Positions 52,099-63,576 of a stretch of DNA of 64,000 nucleotides are shown here, piece by piece. The stretch covers positions 128,001 through 192,000 of the forward strand of contig CAWEMM010000014.1 of the NCBI GenBank assembly GCA_963810095.1. The letters run 5' to 3'. The notes under the pieces were generated by a model. The model was given only the letters and a program-made list of their open reading frames with translations. It ran no database searches and was not told the DNA's origin. Position 1 is the stretch's first letter. Each line of letters opens with the position of its first letter. This DNA is from an uncultured Chloroflexia bacterium. GTDB lineage: Bacteria > Chloroflexota > Anaerolineae > CG2-30-64-16. Made by a program: the position numbers and the translations under genes.

Positions 52099-53433
52099 TC
52101 ACTTTTTCCAGAGGCGAGCCACGTCATCCCAGTAACCGCGGCGCTCCAGCTCTCCCGCCGACCAAATTGCCACCCCCCGCGCACCAAGCTGCCGGGCATG
52201 CGCGATGCGCTCTGCCAGCGGGCCAAAGGTGGGAAGGTCGGCACCGATCCCCAGCCAGACCTGCCCGCCCTGCACCTTGCTCTGCTGAGCCACGTGGTCG
52301 GCCGCCAGCACTTTCCACTTCGCGATGTCCGCGTTGAACGTTGGCCCGTAGATCATCGGCGCGAGCGCATCGACGCAGCCCTCTCTGAGCCACCGGTGCG
52401 AGTCCTGATAGTAGTCCGCAAATCCCTGAGACGTCACGAACTTCATTGCCGCGGTCTTCTTATACGTGAACCACACCGCGGCGCTGAGCAGCACCCCCGC
52501 TCGAATGGCCTTAATCTCCCACCTGTAGCGCGCAATCCACTCGCTGAGGTGGTCCCGCTGCCAGTTCTCGAGCGATGCCGGCGGCTTTGCCGCATGCCAC
52601 GCGGCGTAGGTCTCGGGATCATGCGAATACTGCCGGCCCGGATAGCGCACACGGTCCAGGTGAATCCCGTCGACTGCGTAGCGCGTGACGATGTCTCGGA
52701 TCACGGCCACGTTCTGTGCGTGCACCCGATCCACACCCGGGCTGGCCCACAGGTATTCCGAGCAGGGCACGGGGCTGGTCTTGCTGTCGCCCATGGGCGT
52801 CGGCGTGCCCTTCACCTTCGCGTACACCCGCCACGCCGGGTCGTAACGCTTCGTGGTCGGGTCGTACTTGGCCAGCGTCCAGTAAGGGTGCTCGGGCGCG
52901 GTGTGCGGGGGTGCGCCTCGGCCGGCCTCCCAGAAAGTGAAGGCGTTGAGGTAGGCATGCAGGGCCAGCCCGCGCTTGTGGGCAAGCTCGATGGCCGCGG
53001 CCAGTGGGTCCCAACCGGGATTGCGCCCGAGGTCGGCCACCCGCGACGAGGTGAGGCGGTATGACCACGGTTCGACGCCCGGCGTGTAATAGGCGTCTCC
53101 GGTCGCACGCACCTGGAACAGGAGCGTGTTGAAACCCGCGTCTGCCGCCGCGTTGATGACCGCTTCGAGCCGCGCCCGCTTCAACGGCGGGCTGCCGAGG
53201 TCGAAGCGCGAGATCCAGAGGGCCCGCACTTCGGGCTGTTTCGGCCCGGGGGTCGGGGCGGGTGCAGGCGGCTGGGGTCGCGGCCAGCCGCCTGGCGGCG
53301 GGAAGGGCGCAGCCGCGGCAACGGGGTGCGGCGCGCGCGGCTCCGGTTCGCCGGGCATCGGCGGCTCAGCCCGCTCGCCGGGTGACCCGGCATCGGGGCC
53401 GGCCGTGCTGGGGAGGTCTTGGGCTTCTGGCAT
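52099..53433 (-). CDS. Glycoside hydrolase-like family 10 (DUF187/YddW-like) with Pro-rich N-terminus
   Basis: EVRALWI, FNTLLFQVR, WDPL...AHKRGLALHA, YAVDGIHLD.VRYP and APMIY. Confidence 0.82.
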   Translation of the reverse strand: MPEAQDLPSTAGPDAGSPGERAEPPMPGEPEPRAPHPVAAAAPFPPPGGWPRPQPPAPAPTPGPKQPEVRALWISRFDLGSPPLKRARLEAVINAAADAGFNTLLFQVRATGDAYYTPGVEPWSYRLTSSRVADLGRNPGWDPLAAAIELAHKRGLALHAYLNAFTFWEAGRGAPPHTAPEHPYWTLAKYDPTTKRYDPAWRVYAKVKGTPTPMGDSKTSPVPCSEYLWASPGVDRVHAQNVAVIRDIVTRYAVDGIHLDRVRYPGRQYSHDPETYAAWHAAKPPASLENWQRDHLSEWIARYRWEIKAIRAGVLLSAAVWFTYKKTAAMKFVTSQGFADYYQDSHRWLREGCVDALAPMIYGPTFNADIAKWKVLAADHVAQQSKVQGGQVWLGIGADLPTFGPLAERIAHARQLGARGVAIWSAGELERRGYWDDVARLWKK

Positions 53434-53502
53434 AAGCTTACTCCGTCACCATGGGGCGCCGCAGCACAGCAGGGCGCGGCGCGTGCGCGGCGAAGGATCG
53501 AA

Positions 53503-54279
53503 CTACCAGACCGACATCGGGTGAAACGCCTCGGCATAGTCCAGCCCGCAGCACTTGCCGGTCTCGTGGTTCCACTCCTCCAGCCACTGCAAGGCTTCCT
53601 CGCGGTGGCCGAACTGGCTCACGTGGCAGCGGGTCGCCCGCACCTTGCGCTCCCATGCGGCGGCGATGTCGACGGTGATCGCCCCCTGGCGCTCGCTGCC
53701 GCCGAAGAAGAAGAACCGCTTGACGTCGGCCACCTGGACGCCGTCCGCCAGTTGCTCGGGGTGGTACAACTCCATTTTTGACGGCATGTAGGCGTCGACC
53801 GCAGCCCGGCCCGCGGCGGTGTGGTCCGGGTGGGCCTGGCCGTGCCAGTAAGGGTCAAACGTAAAGATCGTGTCGGGCTGCCAACGCCGGTAGACGTGTG
53901 CCACCTCGGCCCGCAACCGCAGGTCGGCCACGAGTTCTCCGTCATGGTGGCCCTCGCCGAGCTGGCCGAGAAAGAAGACGTCTTTCAACCCCAGTGCCCG
54001 CGCGCCCGCCAGCGTTTCCTCGCGGCGTACGGCCGCAAGTGACTCGCGCGTGTAGGCCAGGTCATGCGTCCCGATGTCCCCGTCCGTGCAGAGAAGCAGC
54101 GCGATTTCGACAGCCGCGTCCGCCAGCAGGGCCAAGGTCCCGCCGCAGGTTGTCTCCAGGTCATCCGGGTGGGCCGCCACCACCAACAACCGTCGAATGT
54201 CGCCCTCAGGCCCGATCTTGCCGAATTGGGCGATACCAAAGCGGGGCTCTGCCGCCGAAAGAGTTTCTGGTTCCGTCAT
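53503..54279 (-). CDS. PIG-L/LmbE-family deacetylase
   Basis: AHPDD, TDGD.G, RREE, HPDH and H.SQ motifs. Confidence 0.9.
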   Translation of the reverse strand: MTEPETLSAAEPRFGIAQFGKIGPEGDIRRLLVVAAHPDDLETTCGGTLALLADAAVEIALLLCTDGDIGTHDLAYTRESLAAVRREETLAGARALGLKDVFFLGQLGEGHHDGELVADLRLRAEVAHVYRRWQPDTIFTFDPYWHGQAHPDHTAAGRAAVDAYMPSKMELYHPEQLADGVQVADVKRFFFFGGSERQGAITVDIAAAWERKVRATRCHVSQFGHREEALQWLEEWNHETGKCCGLDYAEAFHPMSVW

Positions 54280-54405
54280 ATGCTCTCGTCCTCCGTCTAC
54301 CAATTACTACTGCATTTTAGCGGGGAGCCGGGGTAAACGCAAGGAGGAGCGACCACCAATTTCGCGAATTGAGCCGGCTCGCCTGCCCGCCGGGCCTCGC
54401 TGCGC

Positions 54406-54460
54406 TGCGACACTTCTGCGACAGAAGAGAGACCGGCGCGACACCCGGAGCGTCTACAAA
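54406..54460 (+). promoter_or_regulatory. TGCGACA-N4-TGCGACA direct repeat plus putative -10 upstream of the response regulator
   Basis: 11-bp period; TACAAA 31 nt after the second box. Confidence 0.65.
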
Positions 54461-54473
54461 CGTATAGATGGAC

Positions 54474-55233
54474 ATGACCAAGATTCTGATCATCGAAGAC
54501 GCGGTCGATCTGGCCGCGCTCGTGCGCCGGGAACTCGAGGCCGAGGGCTACACGGTGCGGCACGCGGCCGACGGGCAAGCAGGCCTGGAACTGTTCGCGG
54601 CGTTCGCGCCCGACCTGGTGCTGCTGGACTGGATGCTCCCGAAGTTGGACGGGCTAACCGTCTTGCGCCGGATCCGCCAGGCCCCCGGCTCGCGGGGCAA
54701 CGTGCCTGTGCTCATGCTGACGGCGCGCGGCGAAGAAACCGACCGCGTCATCGGCTTGGAGGTGGGCGCGGACGACTACCTGACCAAGCCCTTCGGCATG
54801 CGCGAAATTAGTGGCTCGCGTCCACGCACTGCTTCGCCGCGTGGAGAACGTACAGGCAGTGGTCGCAGCGGACCGGGCCAGCGCAAGCGGCGCGGAGGCC
54901 AGGCCGTTGGTTGCGCGCGGTGGCGCGGGGACTTTGCGTCTGGACCCCGGCGGCTACGAGGCGACGCTTGACGGCACGCCGCTTGACCTGACCCGTACCG
55001 AGTTCGATCTGTTGGCGCTGCTGATTCGCAATCCGGGCCGCGCGTTCAGCCGCCAGTACCTGCTCGACACCGTTTGGGGCGCGGACTATATCACGGGTGA
55101 CCGGTCAGTCGATAACGCGATCCTGCGCCTGCGGAAGAAGCTCGGCCCGGTGGGCGACCTGGTCGAAACGGTATGGGGTGTCGGGTATCGCTGGCGGCGC
55201 TCGACTACCGGGGGACAGGGCGCCGCACCATGA
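54474..55233 (+). CDS. OmpR/PhoB-family response regulator, +1 frameshift near 54806
   Basis: IIED, LLDWMLP, LTAR, GADDYLTKPF; winged helix LRKKL...ETVWGVGYR. Confidence 0.92.
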
Positions 55234-56873
55234 TGACAGAGAGCCCTTCGGAGACGGCCAGCCCGCGGCCCCGGCTGGCGCGGCGCCTCTTCCTCACCGC
55301 TCACCCGGTGCAAAGCTTGCTGGAGACGTGGGCTATTAGTCTGCTCCTTCTCTGGGCGCTCGTCGCGATGCAGCCCAGCCTCGCCCAGTATGCGACGACG
55401 ACCGGGCTGCTGTTCCTGCTCGGCACTTGTGGCATGTGGTCCGTCTTGCGCACGCGGCTGCCGCAGGGTGGATGGATGCGGCAACTGGCGGCCGAGGCGG
55501 TGATGGCGGCGCTGCTCGGGTGCGTTATGGCGTTCGGCGCGCTCGAACTCGGCCGGGCGCTGCCGGCCTGGCATCAGAGCATGGCCACCATGTCGGCGTG
55601 GAACGGCGGCGCGCTCATGCTCACGGTGCTGTTTGCCGCGACCGGTGTTGGTTATTTCTTCACGCGGTTCGGCCTGCGCCTGCTTATGTTCTGGAACCGG
55701 CTGCGGCAGCAGCGGCTTCTCTGGTCCATCACAAATGCCCACCTGGTCCTCGTCGCCCTCGTCGTGCTTGCCGCGGCGCTTGCCATGGCGCTCACCGCGC
55801 CCTACATGCAGATCTCGCCCACCGTCTCTGAGGAGCCCGTGGGCTGGCTGACCGACTACCTTGCCCGCTTCATCGTGACCGTGCTCCCCACAGTGGGCGT
55901 TTTTGCCGTTCTCGGCACGATCGCGCTGCTGGTCATCCTGCCGCCTTCCGCACTGGTGTCCTACTTCATCGCCCGCGGCACGACACGGCGGCTCGAGAAC
56001 CTGGCTCGGGCCGCGGCCGCGCTGCGTGCCGGCGACCTGGCGGCGCGCTCGACCGTCGAGGGACATGACGAAGTGGCCCAGTTGCAGAGCGACTTCAACG
56101 CGATGGCCGGCGAGCTCGAGCGATCACTGCACGCGCTGCAAGCGGAACGGGACCGGGTGTCTGCGCTCCTGGACGCCCGCCGGACCCTCGTCGCCAGCGT
56201 TTCGCACGAACTGCGCACACCCGTCGCAACCGTGCGGGCGGCACTCGAATCCAGCCTGGATCACTGGGATGACACCCCGCCCGAGCAAGTGCGTGCGAAC
56301 CTGGATATGATGCAGGGGGAAGTGCTGCGGCTGCAGGGGTTGATCGACGATCTGTTCACGCTGTCGCGGGCCGACGCCGGAGGCCTGGCAATCGAGTGCC
56401 GGCCCACGGACGTGGGCGAGGTCGCCCGGCGCATGGTCGAGGCGCTGGCGCCGCTGGCGTGGCGCTCGGGCCGCGTCGAGGTCGTCGGAGACATTCCTGC
56501 CAACCTTCCGCCGGCCCGTGCGGATGAGGGCCGCCTGGAGCAGGTGCTGGCAAACCTCATTCGCAATGCCATCCGGCACACGCCTCCAGGCGGCATCGTC
56601 GTGCTGCGCGCTCGCCAAGCAGGTGCAGGCGCCAGGATCGAAGTGTGCGACACCGGCGACGGCATTGCCGCCGAAGACCTCCCTCACATCTTCGAGCGTT
56701 TCTACCGGGGCTCGACGGCCAAGCACCACGACGCCCACGGCCGGCCCAGCGATGCCGGCGCCGGGCTTGGCCTCGCGCTCGTTAAGGAACTGACCGAGGC
56801 GATGGGCGGCACGGTGTCCGTGGAGAGCACCCCCGGCGAGGGAAGCTGCTTCGCCGTCACGCTGCAGGGCTGA
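55230..56873 (+). CDS. Membrane sensor histidine kinase (multi-TM, HAMP, HisKA, HATPase)
   Basis: VSHELRTP, NAIRHT, DTGDGI and GLGLAL; ATGA overlap with the regulator. Confidence 0.93.
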   Translation: MMTESPSETASPRPRLARRLFLTAHPVQSLLETWAISLLLLWALVAMQPSLAQYATTTGLLFLLGTCGMWSVLRTRLPQGGWMRQLAAEAVMAALLGCVMAFGALELGRALPAWHQSMATMSAWNGGALMLTVLFAATGVGYFFTRFGLRLLMFWNRLRQQRLLWSITNAHLVLVALVVLAAALAMALTAPYMQISPTVSEEPVGWLTDYLARFIVTVLPTVGVFAVLGTIALLVILPPSALVSYFIARGTTRRLENLARAAAALRAGDLAARSTVEGHDEVAQLQSDFNAMAGELERSLHALQAERDRVSALLDARRTLVASVSHELRTPVATVRAALESSLDHWDDTPPEQVRANLDMMQGEVLRLQGLIDDLFTLSRADAGGLAIECRPTDVGEVARRMVEALAPLAWRSGRVEVVGDIPANLPPARADEGRLEQVLANLIRNAIRHTPPGGIVVLRARQAGAGARIEVCDTGDGIAAEDLPHIFERFYRGSTAKHHDAHGRPSDAGAGLGLALVKELTEAMGGTVSVESTPGEGSCFAVTLQG

Positions 56874-56891
56874 GCCCGGCACGGCAACCCT

Positions 56892-56946
56892 TGCGACACT
56901 TCTGAGACAACCTCGCCATCCTCCCGCGACGCGAGCTCGGTACGAT
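56892..56946 (+). promoter_or_regulatory. TGCGACA-N4-TGAGACA repeat plus -10 TACGAT upstream of the ABC transporter
   Basis: Same architecture as 54406; -10 lies 31 nt after the second box. Confidence 0.7.
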
Positions 56947-56979
56947 TGAAGCATCCGATCCACTGAAGGAGGATGCTTC

Positions 56980-57930
56980 ATGTCGTACGTCATCGAAGTG
57001 AGCGGTGTGGCGCGCCGCTTTGGGAGCGTGCAGGCGCTCGATGGGGTTAACCTGCAGGTGCCCCTAGGCAGCATCTACGGGTTTCTGGGACCCAACGGCG
57101 CAGGCAAGACCACCACGATACGCATCTTGCTCGGCCTCTTGCGGGCCCAGGCGGGCGAAGTGCGGCTGCTCGGCCACCCAATTCCGGCACAGCGGCTGGC
57201 TGCGCTACGCAGGGTGGGCACGCTCGTCGAAACTCCCTCGCTGTACCCCCATCTGACCGGATACGAAAACCTGGAACTTATCCGCCGCATGATCGACGGG
57301 ACCGACACCCAGGTCCGCCGCGCCCTGGCAATCGTCGGGCTGGACAACCCCCGCGACGCGCAGCGGCCGGTGCGCGGCTACTCCCAGGGCATGCGCCAGC
57401 GGCTGGGCCTGGCCATTGCCTTGCTGCCCGTGCCCGAGTTGTTGATTCTCGACGAGCCGACGAATGGGCTGGACCCTGCGGGCATCCACGAGATGCGCGA
57501 GCTGATCCGGCGGCTGCCCGAGCAGGACGGCGTGACGGTATTCCTCTCCAGCCACTTGCTCGGCGAGATCGAACAGGTGGCGACCCAGATCGGCATCATC
57601 GATCGCGGCCGGGTCATCTTCGAAGGCGCGCCCGACGCGCTCCGTGCGGCGTACCAGGACGAGGCGACGCTGCTGACGAACCGGGCGCAGGACGCGCAAG
57701 GGGTGCTCCAGGCGTCCGGCTGGGCGACGACTTACAACGGCAACGGGCACGTGACGGTGCGGGTCAACGGCCCGTCCGACGTAGCCGTGCTGAACCGGCG
57801 GCTCGTCGAAGGCGGCATCCCGGTATACGGACTGCACATGGCCCAGCCATCGCTCGAAGATATCTTCCTCACCCTTACCGGCAAGGCGCCGGCCGCATCC
57901 GCCCCGACAGGCGAAAGGAACGCGTCGTGA
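56980..57930 (+). CDS. ABC ATPase, BcrA/LanF-like
   Basis: GPNGAGKTT, VETPSLY (E-loop in place of Q-loop), YSQGMRQRLG, LDEPTNGLDP and SSHLL. Confidence 0.88.
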   Translation: MSYVIEVSGVARRFGSVQALDGVNLQVPLGSIYGFLGPNGAGKTTTIRILLGLLRAQAGEVRLLGHPIPAQRLAALRRVGTLVETPSLYPHLTGYENLELIRRMIDGTDTQVRRALAIVGLDNPRDAQRPVRGYSQGMRQRLGLAIALLPVPELLILDEPTNGLDPAGIHEMRELIRRLPEQDGVTVFLSSHLLGEIEQVATQIGIIDRGRVIFEGAPDALRAAYQDEATLLTNRAQDAQGVLQASGWATTYNGNGHVTVRVNGPSDVAVLNRRLVEGGIPVYGLHMAQPSLEDIFLTLTGKAPAASAPTGERNAS

Positions 57931-58691
57931 CCTCATCTCCTTCTCTCTGGCGCGCGCTGAGCGCCGAAACCCTCAAGCTGAAGCGGACCCTGGCCCTGGG
58001 ATTGGCATTCCTGGCCCCACTGGCGATCGGTTTTCTCCTGGTCGTGATGTTCGTGCAGATGGGACCTGAGAGGGGCGCGGGTGATTCGTGGAAGCCGTTC
58101 GTTCAGAACGGGCATGTGCTGTGGAGCCTGCTGATGCTGCCGCTGTTCGTGACGTTGCAAATGGGCTTGTTTGCCAACATGGAGCATGGGAACAAGGCGT
58201 GGAAGTTGATCTACAGCCAGCCGACGCCGCGCTGGGCGGTGTACGCGGCCAAGCAGATCATCAGCCTGGGACTTATCGCGCTCAGCATGCTCGTGCTGGT
58301 GGGGGTGCTGTTCGTTTCGGGCCGGCTGGTGCAACTGATCAACCCGGCGTTCGGGTTTGACCAACCGTTCCCCTGGGAAAAGGTTGCGATTGCGACCGGT
58401 GCCGCGTTCCTCGCATCGTGGCTGATCGTCGCATTTCACCTGTGGTTCAGCGTACGCGTGCCCAGCTTCGTCGCCGAGATGGCAGTTGGCATCGTGGGGA
58501 CCGTCGCAGCCGTGATGGTTATCCAATCAGACAAGTACGGTCCGTACTATCCGTGGACGCTGCCCGGAACGGCCGCCATGAACTACCTCAATGGCCAAAG
58601 CTTCACAACGCCCGTCGTCGTCGGTGTCACGGGCGGCGTGCTGCTGGCCCTGGTGTGCTGTTGGGATGCGTCAAGGCGCGAAGTGTTGTGA
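57927..58691 (+). CDS. ABC permease, LanE/LanG-like
   Basis: ETLKLKRT N-terminus, EHGNKAWK motif, about 6 TM helices and YYPW. Confidence 0.8.
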   Translation: MTSSPSLWRALSAETLKLKRTLALGLAFLAPLAIGFLLVVMFVQMGPERGAGDSWKPFVQNGHVLWSLLMLPLFVTLQMGLFANMEHGNKAWKLIYSQPTPRWAVYAAKQIISLGLIALSMLVLVGVLFVSGRLVQLINPAFGFDQPFPWEKVAIATGAAFLASWLIVAFHLWFSVRVPSFVAEMAVGIVGTVAAVMVIQSDKYGPYYPWTLPGTAAMNYLNGQSFTTPVVVGVTGGVLLALVCCWDASRREVL

Positions 58692-58704
58692 TCTAGCGCA
58701 GCGT

Positions 58705-58737
58705 AGAAACCAGGTTTCTCCGAGAGACCTGGTTTCT
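58705..58737. repeat. Family A palindrome after the permease, followed by T run
   Basis: agaaaccaggtttct-ccg-agagacctggtttct. Confidence 0.88.
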
Positions 58738-58749
58738 TTTCCCGATGCT

Positions 58750-58825
58750 CGCGACAGTGCTGCGACAAAACGCAGCGGTGTCACGACAAAACAACGAAAT
58801 CGTCGCGATCTCCTCCCGGTACGAT
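58750..58825 (+). promoter_or_regulatory. GCGACA-type repeat array plus -10 TACGAT upstream of the secreted protein
   Basis: cgcgaca 58750, tgcgaca 58761, cacgaca 58782; TACGAT 31 nt after the last of these. Confidence 0.65.
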
Positions 58826-58866
58826 GTGTGTGTCAGCAGCAAGACCATCAACTCGGAGGGGAAACC

Positions 58867-59625
58867 ATGAACGTTCGCTACGTGACACGTCGCTTCGGAC
58901 GCATTGCACTGGTATGGGCCATCGCGATTGCCATGATCCTGCCCGTCAGCGCAAGCACGGCAACGACCACGAAGGAGGAGACGATGAATTACCCTGTTAG
59001 CATGAGCCATAGCCTGCGTCTGGACGGCCTCGCGGCAAGCCTGGTGCGCCGGCCGGTGAGCCAGCTCACGTCGGCCGAGCGCCGCGACCTCGCCGGTCGT
59101 TACAGCGACCGGGTCGTCTCCGCAAGCACCGACCTGGAAGCCTTCGCCCGCTGCGCCGAGTTCGCCGCATACCTTGCCGGCGGCGACGTGGACGAATTCG
59201 TCATGACGCTCAGCTACCTGACGCTGGATGCGCATGACAACTGGACTGCGATCGCGGCCGGCCCCTGGACCCGCATGCGCAACCGGATCCACAACGCGCT
59301 GCCGTTCATTCCCAACGGCAAGGCGCTCCTTCGTTACGGAAGCCAAGGTTTCGCGGTGGATGACAAGAGCAACCAGGCCCAGCACTTCTGGTACTCAGTC
59401 GCGATCACGTATAAATGGGGCGCCGGGTTGGCCGAATTGATCGCCCGCTACCACGAATGGAACGCCCCCACACCGCTGCGCTGGCTGCCGGGCACCGGGC
59501 ATGGCGTCGGCTCGGCCGGCGACTTCGGCCTCTCACGGCAGGGTATGGTCCTGGGACGAATACTGCGCGATGGCTCCATCCGGCCCGAAGGTGTGGGCGA
59601 GTGGATGCGCGAACAGCTTGGATAG
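58867..59625 (+). CDS. Secreted hypothetical protein with NQxxHF...HE...D motif
   Basis: GGAGG RBS; signal peptide (RR+, hydrophobic core, VSA-S); second RBS and ATG at 58984. Confidence 0.75.
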   Translation: MNVRYVTRRFGRIALVWAIAIAMILPVSASTATTTKEETMNYPVSMSHSLRLDGLAASLVRRPVSQLTSAERRDLAGRYSDRVVSASTDLEAFARCAEFAAYLAGGDVDEFVMTLSYLTLDAHDNWTAIAAGPWTRMRNRIHNALPFIPNGKALLRYGSQGFAVDDKSNQAQHFWYSVAITYKWGAGLAELIARYHEWNAPTPLRWLPGTGHGVGSAGDFGLSRQGMVLGRILRDGSIRPEGVGEWMREQLG

Positions 59626-59643
59626 ATGGACTTAACGACTCTC

Positions 59644-59740
59644 AAATAGGCCGCCGTTCGAACTGGTCGAACCGATTTTCGTGACCGTCTTCGGAAGGAT
59701 CATGCAGATCAGCCCGATCAGCCCGAACAGCGGCCTATTG
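59644..59740. repeat. Degenerate family B repeat
   Basis: aataggccgccgttcgaactggtcgaaccgat...atcagcccgatcagcccgaacagcggcctatt. Confidence 0.75.
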
Positions 59741-59809
59741 TTCATTCGCCGTCCACATCACCTCGCGATATACTAGTGTCCTGACTAACGCGCAAAGGAT
59801 ACGACATAA

Positions 59810-62092
<2,283 letters not shown>

Positions 62093-62098
<6 letters not shown>

Positions 62099-62188
62099 CA
62101 CGCAGGTTTGACTGATCGGACTGATTCACCTGATCCTCCAAAGGAGATCATGAAGATGCGTCTGATCAGTTCAATCTGCGTCCTACTC
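62093..62188. repeat. Family B repeat filling the whole gap between convergent genes
   Basis: gaatagcacgcaggtttgactgatcggactgat...tgatcagttcaatctgcgtcctactc. Confidence 0.88.
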
Positions 62189-63576
62189 TACACGGCACGC
62201 CGGCGGACATAGGCAGGCATGCGCTGCGAGGGGAAGCTGGCGTGCGTCCAGTCGACCGGGATCGCCTCGTCGGGGAGGGTCGGTTGGCGGCGGACTACGA
62301 CGAGCGTCATGTCGTCGTATTGCGCGGCCCCCCCTGTGAAATCGTCGATGGCGTCGAGAATCGCGTCGATGAGGGCATGCGCCCCCCGGTCCGCGTGTGC
62401 GACCAATACCGAGTGCAAGCGGTCCTCCCCGAAGGTCTTGCCCTGGTTGTTCGTCGCGTCGGTCACCCCGTCCGAGTAGAGCAGGACCGCATCCCCAAGG
62501 TCCAGCACCGTCTCCCGCTCTTCGAGCGTGATCTCCTCAAAGGCGCCGAGGATCATGCCCCTGGTCCGCACTTCCGCACCGCTGCTCTCAGCCGCCCGCT
62601 TGAGAAAGGGCCGGTTGTGGCCGGCATTGGCAATGATCATGCGGCCGGAACCGAGGTCAAAGGTGGCGTAGCAGGCGGTGAGGAACATGTCCGACTTGCT
62701 GTCTTCGCGGATGATCGAATTAGCCCGGGTGAGGACTGCGGCAGGCCGCCGGCCGCCCAGCGCACTCGTCCGAATCACCGTGCGGCTGAGGGCCATGTAC
62801 AGTGCGGCAGGCACGCCCTTGTCTGCCACGTCTGCGATGACCACGCCCATGCGCAGGGGCGGCCCCGGCAGATAGAAATAGTCGTAGAAGTCGCCCCCCA
62901 CGGTCTGCGCGGGGCGATAGGCGGCGGCAAAGTCCCATCCCGGGATTTCCGGGGCGTCGTCGGGCAGGAGGCTGAGCTGGATTTGCCGCGCCACCTCCAA
63001 CTGCTCGGCCAGCCGCTCCTGGCGCAGGGATTCCTCCTGGAGCCGGGCGGTCTCCAGTGCGAGCGCAGCCTGGGTGGCCATGAGCTGTAGCAGGCGCACG
63101 TCGTCGTTCGCGGCAGCTCGAGGCCGCCGCATATCGACCGCAAGCGCACCGATAGTGCCGCCTTCGGCCTGCAGGGGAATCACCCAATGGCCGCGGAACT
63201 CCTCGGCCGCCATCCAGTCGGGAATGAAGACCCCCTGGGGGTCCTCCACCGCATCGGCGACGATCAGTGGCTGGCCCGTCAGCATCACCCGGCCCGGCCC
63301 GCTGTGCTCGTCCGCGCTGACCGAGTGGCGGGCAGCCACCGGATCATGCCGCCAGCCGCTGGCGGCGCGGAAGACGATCCGCCCGTTTGCCGGGTCTGGG
63401 GTCAGGATGGAGCAGGCGTCGGCACGCAGGAGCCGGCGCACCTCTTCGACCAGGTGGCGCATGAGGCTGTCGACGCTGTGATGGCCGAGCAGGCGGTTCG
63501 AGAACTCGAGCAGCGACTGTAGCTCGCGCGCGTGCCGCGCTTGGGCCACCTCGAGCAGCCGGGCGTCTTCAGACAT
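62188..63576 (-). CDS. GAF + SpoIIE/RsbU-type PP2C phosphatase
   Basis: ARQIQ.SLLP, VGGDFYD, ADVADKG, NAGH, YSDGV and DDMTL. Confidence 0.92.
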   Translation of the reverse strand: MSEDARLLEVAQARHARELQSLLEFSNRLLGHHSVDSLMRHLVEEVRRLLRADACSILTPDPANGRIVFRAASGWRHDPVAARHSVSADEHSGPGRVMLTGQPLIVADAVEDPQGVFIPDWMAAEEFRGHWVIPLQAEGGTIGALAVDMRRPRAAANDDVRLLQLMATQAALALETARLQEESLRQERLAEQLEVARQIQLSLLPDDAPEIPGWDFAAAYRPAQTVGGDFYDYFYLPGPPLRMGVVIADVADKGVPAALYMALSRTVIRTSALGGRRPAAVLTRANSIIREDSKSDMFLTACYATFDLGSGRMIIANAGHNRPFLKRAAESSGAEVRTRGMILGAFEEITLEERETVLDLGDAVLLYSDGVTDATNNQGKTFGEDRLHSVLVAHADRGAHALIDAILDAIDDFTGGAAQYDDMTLVVVRRQPTLPDEAIPVDWTHASFPSQRMPAYVRRRAV

